NCBI GenBank assembly: GCA_964519445.1
Contig: CAZFIH010000002.1
Coordinates: 6,130-42,353 of the forward strand
Length of the DNA stretch: 36,224 nt
Source: an uncultured Bdellovibrionales bacterium
GTDB taxonomy: Bacteria; Patescibacteriota; Minisyncoccia; Moranbacterales; UBA11712
Direction: 5' to 3'
Below are positions 1 through 6,854 of the stretch, piece after piece. Positions within the stretch are counted from its first letter, which is position 1. Each line of letters starts with the position of its first letter. Below the pieces are notes generated by a model that was not told the origin of the DNA, made no database searches, and worked only from the letters and a program-made list of their open reading frames with translations. The position numbers were made by a program, and so were the translations under genes.

Positions 1-100
1 GTATTATACTCCCGAGTTTAGATTGTGTCAATATTTTGCGTCAATAGTGTCAAGTGGCAAGTGGATTGATTTTGCTATAGTTCCTTATTTTAAGCCATAA

Positions 101-129
101 CTGACAATTTTGACGGGAGATGATATAAT
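101..129 (+). promoter_or_regulatory. sigma70-like promoter candidate (CTGACA, 17-bp spacer, TGaTATAAT extended -10)
   Basis: CTGACA at 101-106, a 17-nt spacer, TG at 121-122 and TATAAT at 124-129, all read directly. The transcript it would drive is unknown. Confidence 0.3.
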
Positions 130-220
130 ATAAATGTTGACGGATTTTATCGACATATTGTCGTATAGCGCGAAACTCAAAACGCATAACGGAAGAGCGG
201 AAGATGAACAAGCGCCCCTC

Positions 221-248
221 TTGACAATATCAATAACCCTGCTAAAAT
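221..248 (+). promoter_or_regulatory. sigma70-like promoter candidate (TTGACA, 16-bp spacer, TAAAAT) upstream of the AAA+ ATPase gene
   Basis: TTGACA at 221-226 and TAAAAT at 243-248. The ATG at 282 lies 34 nt downstream. The candidate overlaps the first copy of a 17-bp direct repeat. Confidence 0.35.
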
Positions 249-277
249 TAATAATGTATTATCAATAACCCTGCTAA
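229..277 (+). repeat. 17-bp perfect direct repeat ATCAATAACCCTGCTAA (229-245 and 261-277)
   Basis: Two identical 17-mers 32 bp apart, start to start. They lie between the -35 hexamer and the start codon of the 282 gene and may be an operator. Confidence 0.8.
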
Positions 278-281
278 TATT

Positions 282-1526
282 ATGTACATCCAACGGGAAG
301 TTGAACAAAAAATAACCCCTTTTCTCCAAAGAAAAGAGGCTATTTCAATCACCGGCCCACGGCAGGCCGGGAAAACGACTTTTATCCGGCATTTCGAAGA
401 AAAATTCCGCCGCGAAGGCAAAAAAGTGCGTTTTTTGACATTTGAATCGAAAGGCGATCTGGATCTTTTTGATAAAAATCCGGAAGATTTCAAAAAGCTG
501 GCCGAGCAATACGATGTCGTGATAATCGACGAATTTCAGTATGCGACTGACGCGGGCAAAAAACTGAAATATTTGTATGACACTACCCCGACGAAATACA
601 TCATCACCGGCTCATCTTCACTCGAACTCACTTTTCAAACCGGAAAATATATGGTCGGGAGACTCCTTGATTTCGAAATGTTTCCCTTTTCTTTCCGCGA
701 ATATTTGTCTGCCCAGAACAAAGAATTGCAAAAAATTATCGGAGGCACCGGCGACATTTTCGATTTCAAAACAAAAAGCGGCTTCGGGGATGAGATAAAC
801 AAAAGACTGGTCGAAGAACTCGAAAAGTTTGTTGTTTGGGGAGGCTATCCGGCCGTTGTTTTGTCAAACACAGAAGAGGAAAAAAAGAAAATCCTTGAAG
901 GAATCGTGGAAAAATATCTTTTGCGGGACATAAAAAGCCTACTTGAACTCGCCACCGAGGACGAACTTCTCCGCTTGGGAAAATTTCTGGCCGCCCAAAT
1001 CGGCAATTTGGTGAAATATCAGGAATTGTCAAATATTTCGAATCTTTTTTACGGCGATATTATCAAGCATCTGAATATCCTGCAAAAAACTTATATCATT
1101 GACCTGCTGAAGCCATATTATACCAACAAGATGACCGAACTTTCCAAAAATCCGAAGAGCTTTTTTGTTGATTTGGGCATGCGAAACCATTTACTCTCTG
1201 ATTTTCGGACGCTCGAGGCGCGTAACGATTTCGGCGCCGTGATGGAAAATTACGCCCTCACCACCTTTCGGAAAAGATTCCCCGGTTTGCCGGTCAAATT
1301 CTGGCGTACCAAAAGCAAAGCAGAGGTGGATTTCGTGATTGAAAAGGATCGGCAGATGATCCCGGTTGAAGTGAAATACTCATCGAAGAAAATTATCGGG
1401 AAAAGTTTGTTTTCATTCATCGAAAAATTCAAGCCGAAAAAAGCCGTCGTGCTCACAAAAGATTTCTTGTATGAAGAGAGGAGAAAAAATTGCTTAATTC
1501 AATTTATTCCTTTGGGATATCTGTAG
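282..1526 (+). CDS. AAA+ ATPase of the DUF4143 / COG1373 type with a C-terminal PD-(D/E)xK-like motif
   Basis: 414-aa ORF. Walker A is GPRQAGKTT and Walker B-like is VVIIDEF. The C-terminal KAEVDFVIE...IPVEVKYS pattern is typical of the restriction-endonuclease-like tail of this family. Confidence 0.85.
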   Translation: MYIQREVEQKITPFLQRKEAISITGPRQAGKTTFIRHFEEKFRREGKKVRFLTFESKGDLDLFDKNPEDFKKLAEQYDVVIIDEFQYATDAGKKLKYLYDTTPTKYIITGSSSLELTFQTGKYMVGRLLDFEMFPFSFREYLSAQNKELQKIIGGTGDIFDFKTKSGFGDEINKRLVEELEKFVVWGGYPAVVLSNTEEEKKKILEGIVEKYLLRDIKSLLELATEDELLRLGKFLAAQIGNLVKYQELSNISNLFYGDIIKHLNILQKTYIIDLLKPYYTNKMTELSKNPKSFFVDLGMRNHLLSDFRTLEARNDFGAVMENYALTTFRKRFPGLPVKFWRTKSKAEVDFVIEKDRQMIPVEVKYSSKKIIGKSLFSFIEKFKPKKAVVLTKDFLYEERRKNCLIQFIPLGYL

Positions 1527-1528
1527 AA

Positions 1529-2302
1529 ATGGAACTTAAACAGCAGCTACAACAACTTGACTTATTAGGAAAGAAGGCCGATGTCTATCTCGCTTCTCTT
1601 GAACTTGGGTCGGCGACAGTCATTGAAATAGCCAAAAAAGCCGGGATAAAAAGAACCACGGCCTATGATATTTTGATGGATCTCGCGCAAAAAGGCTTGA
1701 TTTCCGAAACATCAAAAGGCAAAAAGCGGCTGTTTGTCGGCGAAGACCCGGAAAAAATCAAAAAAGATCTGCAAAGGAAAGAAAGTTTGATTTCTGAAAT
1801 TTTGCCGATGCTCAAGTCCGTGTATAATGTAAGGGGCGTGAAACCGAGAATCAGGTTCTACGAAGGAATCGAAGGACTTAAGGAAACTTATAATGATACA
1901 TTGAACTACACCGGGGAGATGCTGATGTTTGCTTCTGAAGACGTGGTCAAGATCCTGGGAATGGATTGGGCCAACGACTATATGGCCAAACGGACGAAGA
2001 AAAATCTCCGGGTGCGGGCCATTATGCCCTCGAGCGAAACGCTGGTGAAAGATATCGTGCCGCGCGACCAGGAAGTTGTCCGAACCTCCAAGCTGATCGA
2101 TCCGAAAAAATATCCGTTTTCAATGGAGATAAATATTTACGGCCACAGCAAGGTCTCGCTTATGTCTTCCAAAGAGCAACTGGGCATCACCATCGAAAGC
2201 ACGGAGATATATAACACCATGAAGTTGATTTTCGAACTCATTTGGGACAACCTTCCTGAAATAAAAACTCACGAATTGAGAACTAATAAAAAACGAATAT
2301 AA
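1529..2302 (+). CDS. TrmB-family (wHTH) transcriptional regulator
   Basis: The N-terminus LGKKADVYLASLELGSATVIEIAKKAGIKRTTAYDILMDLAQKGLI matches the TrmB winged-helix pattern. I prefer the ATG at 1529, 2 nt after the upstream stop, over the ORF-track start at 1490, which overlaps the upstream gene. Confidence 0.75.
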   Translation: MELKQQLQQLDLLGKKADVYLASLELGSATVIEIAKKAGIKRTTAYDILMDLAQKGLISETSKGKKRLFVGEDPEKIKKDLQRKESLISEILPMLKSVYNVRGVKPRIRFYEGIEGLKETYNDTLNYTGEMLMFASEDVVKILGMDWANDYMAKRTKKNLRVRAIMPSSETLVKDIVPRDQEVVRTSKLIDPKKYPFSMEINIYGHSKVSLMSSKEQLGITIESTEIYNTMKLIFELIWDNLPEIKTHELRTNKKRI

Positions 2303-2327
2303 GAACGAACTCTTCGTTCCCATTCGT
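2293..2327 (+). terminator. two-segment hairpin over the stop codon of the TrmB-like gene (ACGAAT/ATTCGT plus GAACGAA/TTCGTTC)
   Basis: GAACGAA 2303-2309 pairs with TTCGTTC 2313-2319 across a 3-nt loop. ACGAAT 2293-2298 pairs with ATTCGT 2322-2327. No clean T-tract follows, so terminator function is uncertain. Confidence 0.3.
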
Positions 2328-2332
2328 TAAAA

Positions 2333-2348
2333 ATTCGTTCCTGATTAG
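2333..2348 (+). promoter_or_regulatory. ATTCGT...GATTAG composite motif 12 nt upstream of the yebC ATG
   Basis: ATTCGTTCCTGATTAG read directly. GATTAG ends 12 nt before the ATG at 2361. The motif and the same 12-nt spacing recur at 3804-3816, before the ATG at 3829. Confidence 0.35.
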
Positions 2349-2360
2349 TGAGTAAATCTT

Positions 2361-3077
2361 ATGTCTGGACACTCCCACTGGGCGGGGATAAAACACAAAA
2401 AAGCGGTTCAAGACGCGAAACGCGCCAATGTTTTCACAAAAGCCGCGCGTCTGGTGACGCTCGCGGCACGCGAAGGCGGAGAAAATCCGGAGACGAATTT
2501 CAAACTGCGCCTCGCCATTGATCAAGCAAGAGCTGTTAATATGCCGAAAGAAAATATCGAACGGGCAGTGAAGCGCGGTACGGGAGAACTCAAAGATGCA
2601 GCCGCTATCGAGGAAGTGCTTTATGAAGCCATGGGGCCGTCGAATATCGCTATTCTCATCAAGGCGGCAACCGATAACAAAAACCGAACCTTGGCAGGGA
2701 TTCGAAACGTCATTGAAAAAGCCGGCGGGAAAATGGTCCCGGCCGGAAGTCTGAAGCACTTGTTCAAGCAAGTTGGGATTATTTGCGTGAATACGCAAGG
2801 CGCAGACGCAGACGAACTGGAACTCAAGGCCATTGACGCCGGCGCGCTCGACACTATTTTTCAAGGAGAGCTTCTTCAGATTTACACAGCACCTAAAGAG
2901 CTCCAAAAAATCAAAGAGGCTCTTGAAAAAGAAGGAGCGCAAATCGACAACGCCGGCATCATTTTTCATCCCTTGAATCCCATCGAAATCGACGAACACA
3001 CAAAAATTGATTACGAAGTGCTGATTGGAAAACTCGACGAACTCGACGACGTGCAGGAAGTTTACGACAACTTATGA
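2361..3077 (+). CDS. yebC: YebC/PmpR-family DNA-binding transcriptional regulator
   Basis: MSGHSHWAGIKHKKA... is the signature N-terminus. The length is 238 aa. The gene sits directly upstream of ruvC, overlapping it by ATGA, which is the conserved arrangement. Confidence 0.95.
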   Translation: MSGHSHWAGIKHKKAVQDAKRANVFTKAARLVTLAAREGGENPETNFKLRLAIDQARAVNMPKENIERAVKRGTGELKDAAAIEEVLYEAMGPSNIAILIKAATDNKNRTLAGIRNVIEKAGGKMVPAGSLKHLFKQVGIICVNTQGADADELELKAIDAGALDTIFQGELLQIYTAPKELQKIKEALEKEGAQIDNAGIIFHPLNPIEIDEHTKIDYEVLIGKLDELDDVQEVYDNL

Positions 3078-3565
3078 AAATATTAGGTATTGACCCCGGA
3101 ACCGCCACGACTGGCTGGGCGGTGGTGGAAGAAAAAAAAGGAAATCCGAAGCTGGTAGCTTGCGGTTGTATAACGACTTCAAAAACGAACTCCGACGCCG
3201 ATCGGCTTCTTGAAATAGGTAAAGATTTGGAAACTATCGTTAGAAAATACAAACCCTCTGAAGTGGCCGTGGAAGATATTTTTTTCTTCAAAAACCTCAA
3301 GACCGTAATCACCGTCAGCCAGGCCCGCGGGATAGTCTTGTATGAGCTCGCCAAAAAGAGAATCCCGATTCAAAACTACACCCCGCTCCAAGTGAAACAA
3401 GCTCTCACCGGTTACGGCCGGGCGGAAAAAAAACAGATTCAGGTCATGGTGAAAAATATTTTGAAACTGAAGTGCGTTCCCCAGCCGGATGACGCCGCCG
3501 ATGCCGTAGCAATAGCTATATGTCACATAAACTCACGAAAAACTCGCGAATTAAAGAACGAATGA
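3074..3565 (+). CDS. ruvC: crossover junction endodeoxyribonuclease RuvC
   Basis: MKILGIDPGTATTGWAVV, VAVEDIFF and DAADAVAIAICH carry the RuvC catalytic acidic residues. Length is 163 aa. Confidence 0.93.
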   Translation: MKILGIDPGTATTGWAVVEEKKGNPKLVACGCITTSKTNSDADRLLEIGKDLETIVRKYKPSEVAVEDIFFFKNLKTVITVSQARGIVLYELAKKRIPIQNYTPLQVKQALTGYGRAEKKQIQVMVKNILKLKCVPQPDDAADAVAIAICHINSRKTRELKNE

Positions 3566-3645
3566 AAAGCGAATGAGAGCGAACTTTCTAGCATGTTCAC
3601 ACTTCATTTGCTCAAATTCGTTGTGATTCGCACGGTATTCGCGAG
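3543..3645. repeat. inverted array of helically phased CGAAT / ATTCG motifs spanning the ruvC 3' end
   Basis: CGAA(T/C) starts at 3547, 3559, 3570 and 3580. ATTCG starts at 3616, 3626 and 3637. The outer 9-mers CTCGCGAAT (3543-3551) and ATTCGCGAG (3637-3645) are perfect reverse complements. Confidence 0.6.
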
Positions 3646-3659
3646 TCCTCATAATTGAC

Positions 3660-3708
3660 AAAGCCCCCGAAATACCGGTATTATAAAGAAAAACAGGGGC
3701 TTTTTTTA
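3660..3708 (+). terminator. rho-independent terminator candidate downstream of ruvC
   Basis: AAAGCCCC (3660-3667) pairs with GGGGCTTT (3696-3703) and a T7 run follows. The long loop contains the perfect 12-nt palindrome AATACCGGTATT (3671-3682). Confidence 0.45.
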
Positions 3709-3720
3709 TTTAAGCATGGT

Positions 3721-3816
3721 GCTAATCTGCTAACCTTATGCATGCCAATCAACGAATTGCTAATCTACGAATAGAAGTATTCGTGATTAGTTGATTAGTG
3801 TTTATTCGTTGATTAG
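3721..3816 (+). promoter_or_regulatory. cluster of GCTAATCT / ACGAAT / ATTCGT / TGATTAG motifs upstream of the 7TM gene
   Basis: GCTAATCT occurs at 3721-3728 and 3759-3766. CTAATCTACGAAT (3760-3772) faces ATTCGTGATTAG (3779-3790) as an imperfect palindrome. TGATTAG also occurs at 3792-3798. ATTCGTTGATTAG at 3804-3816 ends 12 nt before the ATG at 3829. Confidence 0.4.
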
Positions 3817-3828
3817 CATCGTACCTTT

Positions 3829-4473
3829 ATGAATCAATTCGTGTCTCTTGCCCTTGCCAACGGCGTGCCGCTGGATACTCTGGTTCTGGTCTTGATTTTG
3901 CCGATCATTGTCACGGTAATCGCCTTTTTCCGCCAAATTATCGGAATCAAGGCGTTCGGCATCTATACGCCGGCTATCATCACTTTCGCGTTTCTGGCAA
4001 CGAACGAAATAAAATACGGCATCACTATTTTCGTGACCGTCATCGCAATGGGAACAGCTTCCCGCTACATTTTGAAACGCGCGCGCCTCCTTTATCTCCC
4101 CCGCGTCGCTATCATGATCACTATCGTGGGGCTTTCCATTCTTTTTCTCCTCTTCATTGGAGGGATCTGGAACCGCACGGGGCTGGCCAGTGTTTCCATA
4201 TTTCCAATTCTTATTATGATTACCTTGGTAGAAAAATTCATCGCCGTTCAAATCGAAAAAGGAAACCGGTCCGCCGTAATTCTCTCCATCGAAACCCTTC
4301 TTATTTCCGTAATCGGATATTATATCGCCAGCTGGGGATACCTCATAAACTTCCTCCTTACTTATCCGTGGGCGGTCCTCTTTACCATTCCCGTGAATAT
4401 TTTTCTCGGAAAATGGACGGGCTTGCGGCTTTCGGAATACTTTCGCTTTCGTCAAATCATCAGACCCAGATGA
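3829..4473 (+). CDS. 7-TM membrane protein of the type usually fused to an inactive transglutaminase (7TM_transglut-like), here without that domain
   Basis: 214 aa with about 7 hydrophobic helices. The FRQIIGIKAFGIYTPAII and GKWTGLRLSEYFRF motifs resemble the 7TM partner of ATPgrasp_ST ligases. The stop overlaps the next start (ATGA at 4470-4473). Confidence 0.7.
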   Translation: MNQFVSLALANGVPLDTLVLVLILPIIVTVIAFFRQIIGIKAFGIYTPAIITFAFLATNEIKYGITIFVTVIAMGTASRYILKRARLLYLPRVAIMITIVGLSILFLLFIGGIWNRTGLASVSIFPILIMITLVEKFIAVQIEKGNRSAVILSIETLLISVIGYYIASWGYLINFLLTYPWAVLFTIPVNIFLGKWTGLRLSEYFRFRQIIRPR

Positions 4474-5882
4474 GTCTTTTTTTTCAAAACAGCCGCGATA
4501 TTTTGGGCATGAACGCCCGAAACTTGAAGTTCGTCAGACCGCATAATCTTCGAAAGGCGAGAAGATTGGCTGACGACAAATTGCTTAGTAAAAAAATCCT
4601 CAAGAAGAATGAACTGCCCGTTCCGGAACTAATCGCCAAAGCCAAACACAAAGAAGAGTTGGACAATTTTGACTGGGATAAACTTCCCAACAGCTTTGTC
4701 TTGAAGCCCAATCGCGGATTTGGCGGTGAGGGTATATTGGTAGTTTATGGAAAGAAAAAAAATGTGGAAAACACCTGGGTCAAAGCGGACGGTTCGGCTG
4801 TTTCTGTTGAGGACATCAAAAATCACGTCCGGAATATTTTAGACGGAAGTTTTTCCTTGGCAGGCGTAACCGACGTTGCTTTTTTTGAAGAGCGGCTGAC
4901 GCTTCTCAAGCTTTTCAAACCCTACGCCTATAAAGGAATTCCCGACATTCGGATAATTGTTTACAATAAAGTGCCGACAATGGCCATGCTCCGTCTCCCC
5001 ACTCGTGAATCGGAAGGAAAAGCCAATCTCCAGCAAGGAGCTATCGGCGTGGGGATCGATATGGCCACCGGAGTGACAACAACTGCTGTCTTGGGAAAAG
5101 GAAAAGCCATTGAATATCTTCCCGGGACGCGGCTTCTCCTTTCCGGAGTTCGAATCCCCTACTGGAAAAATATTTTGCGAATGGCCGTACAAGCCCAAAT
5201 TGTTTCAAAGCTCGGTTTTTTGGGAGCTGACGTGGCCATTGACCGCGACCGCGGACCGGTTTTTCTGGAGCTCAACGCCCGGCCGGGACTTTCCATCCAG
5301 ATCGCCAATCTCGATGGTCTCCTCGGAAGATTGCGCCGAGTGGAGGGCCTCAAAATAAAAACAGTCGAAAAAGGCGTCTCGGTCGGAATGAATCTTTTTG
5401 GCGGAGAGATCGAAGAAGAAATTGAGGACATTTCCGGAAAGAGAATCATCGGCACGGTGGAGAAAGTGAAGCTCATCGGAAAAGATGAGAAAGAAATCGA
5501 AGTGGAAGCGAAGATTGATACGGGAGCAGGTTTTTCTTCCATTGACACCGAGCTTGCCAGACAACTTGGTTTTGAAAAAACGATCGCGGAGTATGAAAGA
5601 CTGGATCTAGACTATGAAAAATTAAAAATGCTCAAAAAAGAAGACAGAGAAACCCTTTTCAAGAGTAAAGACATCCCCGATTTGGCTGATACGGCTATTA
5701 TTCATTCTTCCCATGGAACAACGTACCGCCCGATGATTTCAGTTCGAATGATAATAGAATCAGTCGAGGTACCTGCCAAGGTGTCAATAATAGACCGATC
5801 TCACTTGAAATATCCAGTGATAGTAGGGCAACGTAATTTAGGTAAATTTTTAATTGATACTAGCAAAGTAAATAAACAATAA
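4470..5882 (+). CDS. alpha-L-glutamate-ligase-like ATP-grasp enzyme (ATPgrasp_ST type) fused to a C-terminal RimB-like retropepsin domain ('Zn_protease' family)
   Basis: ILGMNARNLKFVRPHNLRKARRLADDKLLSKK, KPNRGFGGEGI and FLELNARPGLSIQ mark the ATP-grasp part. The C-terminal part has GTVEKVKL...EAKIDTGAGFSSID (DTGA at 5517-5528) and YPVIVGQRNLGKFLID. I prefer the start at the ATG at 4470; the upstream extension to 4368 overlaps the 7TM gene. Confidence 0.85.
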   Translation: MSLFFQNSRDILGMNARNLKFVRPHNLRKARRLADDKLLSKKILKKNELPVPELIAKAKHKEELDNFDWDKLPNSFVLKPNRGFGGEGILVVYGKKKNVENTWVKADGSAVSVEDIKNHVRNILDGSFSLAGVTDVAFFEERLTLLKLFKPYAYKGIPDIRIIVYNKVPTMAMLRLPTRESEGKANLQQGAIGVGIDMATGVTTTAVLGKGKAIEYLPGTRLLLSGVRIPYWKNILRMAVQAQIVSKLGFLGADVAIDRDRGPVFLELNARPGLSIQIANLDGLLGRLRRVEGLKIKTVEKGVSVGMNLFGGEIEEEIEDISGKRIIGTVEKVKLIGKDEKEIEVEAKIDTGAGFSSIDTELARQLGFEKTIAEYERLDLDYEKLKMLKKEDRETLFKSKDIPDLADTAIIHSSHGTTYRPMISVRMIIESVEVPAKVSIIDRSHLKYPVIVGQRNLGKFLIDTSKVNKQ

Positions 5883-5892
5883 TAATAAAGTT

Positions 5893-6849
5893 ATGAAGAA
5901 GGTAGTCGTTGTCTACAAAGGAGATGATTGGCACAAGGAACTGCCCATGAAGAAAGCTCCCGCCACCCGAGAATCTTTTGAGGATTGGCATGAACGAGGG
6001 CTAAAAAACGGTGTCGAAATGTACCGGGCAAGCATTCAATGGTTTGATCTAGAAAAAGGCATCTTCAAAAAATCGTGGGCTTTTCGAGACAAAAAATGGA
6101 TTAGAGTAAAAAAACCCGTTAAGCCGGACCTTATTTTTGATAAAATCGCGGGAAGATACGACTTCGAGCTTTTCGGTTTGAAGCAGAATATTGAAAGAAA
6201 AGTAAAGATTTTCAATCCCCCGCTTTTTCGTACTCTCCTCGACAGCAAGCTGTCTCACTATCTTGTTTTCAAGGAGTTTATGCCCGATTCTTATCTTGCG
6301 CACACAAAAAAGGATTTGAACGCTGCCCTAAAAAAGATAAAATCTCCGAAAGTCGTGATAAAGCCTCTTTATGGATCAGGCGGTTTCGGAATCCTAATAG
6401 AGAAAAAAAAGAACATAAGCCGAAAGCGCATAAATTATCCTGTTTTTATCCAAGAATTTATACCGGCAAAAAGAGGTGTGCCGGGTTTTACGAAAAAAAA
6501 CGCCCTGGCAGATCTGCGACTGGTTTATATGAACCACAAATTAATCTACGCCCTTTCCCGGATTGCCAAACGAGGATCGCTTTTCACGAACTTTCACCAG
6601 GGCGCCAAAGCCGTCCTCGTTCCGCGTAAAAAAATTCCCGTCAGCGCTTTGAAAACTTCGAAAAAAATAATCGACAGGCTGAAAATATTTCCTGAAGCAA
6701 ACTATTCCATAGATTTTCTTTTCACAAATTCGGGAAAGCCGATTCTTATGGAAATTAACACGACCCCCGGATTTGACCTCTTGAGAATTGTTGGAGATGA
6801 AAAAACAAAAGAAAAAAACTTCAAGGAGTTTACAACCGTAATTCCCTAG
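5893..6849 (+). CDS. second ATP-grasp ligase (RimK / YheC-YheD-like)
   Basis: VVIKPLYGSGGFGILIE, DLRLVYMNHKLIYALSRIAKRGSLFTNFHQGAKA and ILMEINTTPGF fit the ATP-grasp nucleotide-binding core. Length is 318 aa. Confidence 0.7.
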   Translation: MKKVVVVYKGDDWHKELPMKKAPATRESFEDWHERGLKNGVEMYRASIQWFDLEKGIFKKSWAFRDKKWIRVKKPVKPDLIFDKIAGRYDFELFGLKQNIERKVKIFNPPLFRTLLDSKLSHYLVFKEFMPDSYLAHTKKDLNAALKKIKSPKVVIKPLYGSGGFGILIEKKKNISRKRINYPVFIQEFIPAKRGVPGFTKKNALADLRLVYMNHKLIYALSRIAKRGSLFTNFHQGAKAVLVPRKKIPVSALKTSKKIIDRLKIFPEANYSIDFLFTNSGKPILMEINTTPGFDLLRIVGDEKTKEKNFKEFTTVIP

Positions 6850-6854
6850 CTCGC

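Noticed and set aside
51-64. Tandem CAAGTGG x2 and nearby GTCAATA x2 at the left edge
   Set aside because: These are very short repeats at a contig end with no associated feature. Chance cannot be excluded.
134-268. 44-codon ORF (MLTDFIDILSYSAKLKTHNG...) starting 5 nt after a strong -10-like box
   Set aside because: It has no recognisable family and no RBS, and it overlaps the promoter and repeat region of the downstream gene. It cannot be supported from sequence alone, though it might be a leaderless small ORF or just a 5' UTR.
2283-2999. 238-aa minus-strand ORF
   Set aside because: It is antisense to the clearly recognisable yebC gene and has no motifs. It is a shadow ORF.
3802-4455. 217-aa minus-strand ORF
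   Set aside because: It is antisense to the 7TM gene. Its sequence is highly charged, low-complexity-like (DSDHDSD, RDNDRQNQDQNQ). The plus-strand product has coherent TM helices and ATGA coupling to the next gene.
4368-4469. N-terminal extension of the ATP-grasp ORF given in the track
   Set aside because: It overlaps the 3' end of the 7TM gene by about 100 nt. The ATG at 4470 forms an ATGA stop-start overlap, and the conserved ligase N-terminus (ILGMNARNL...) begins shortly after it.
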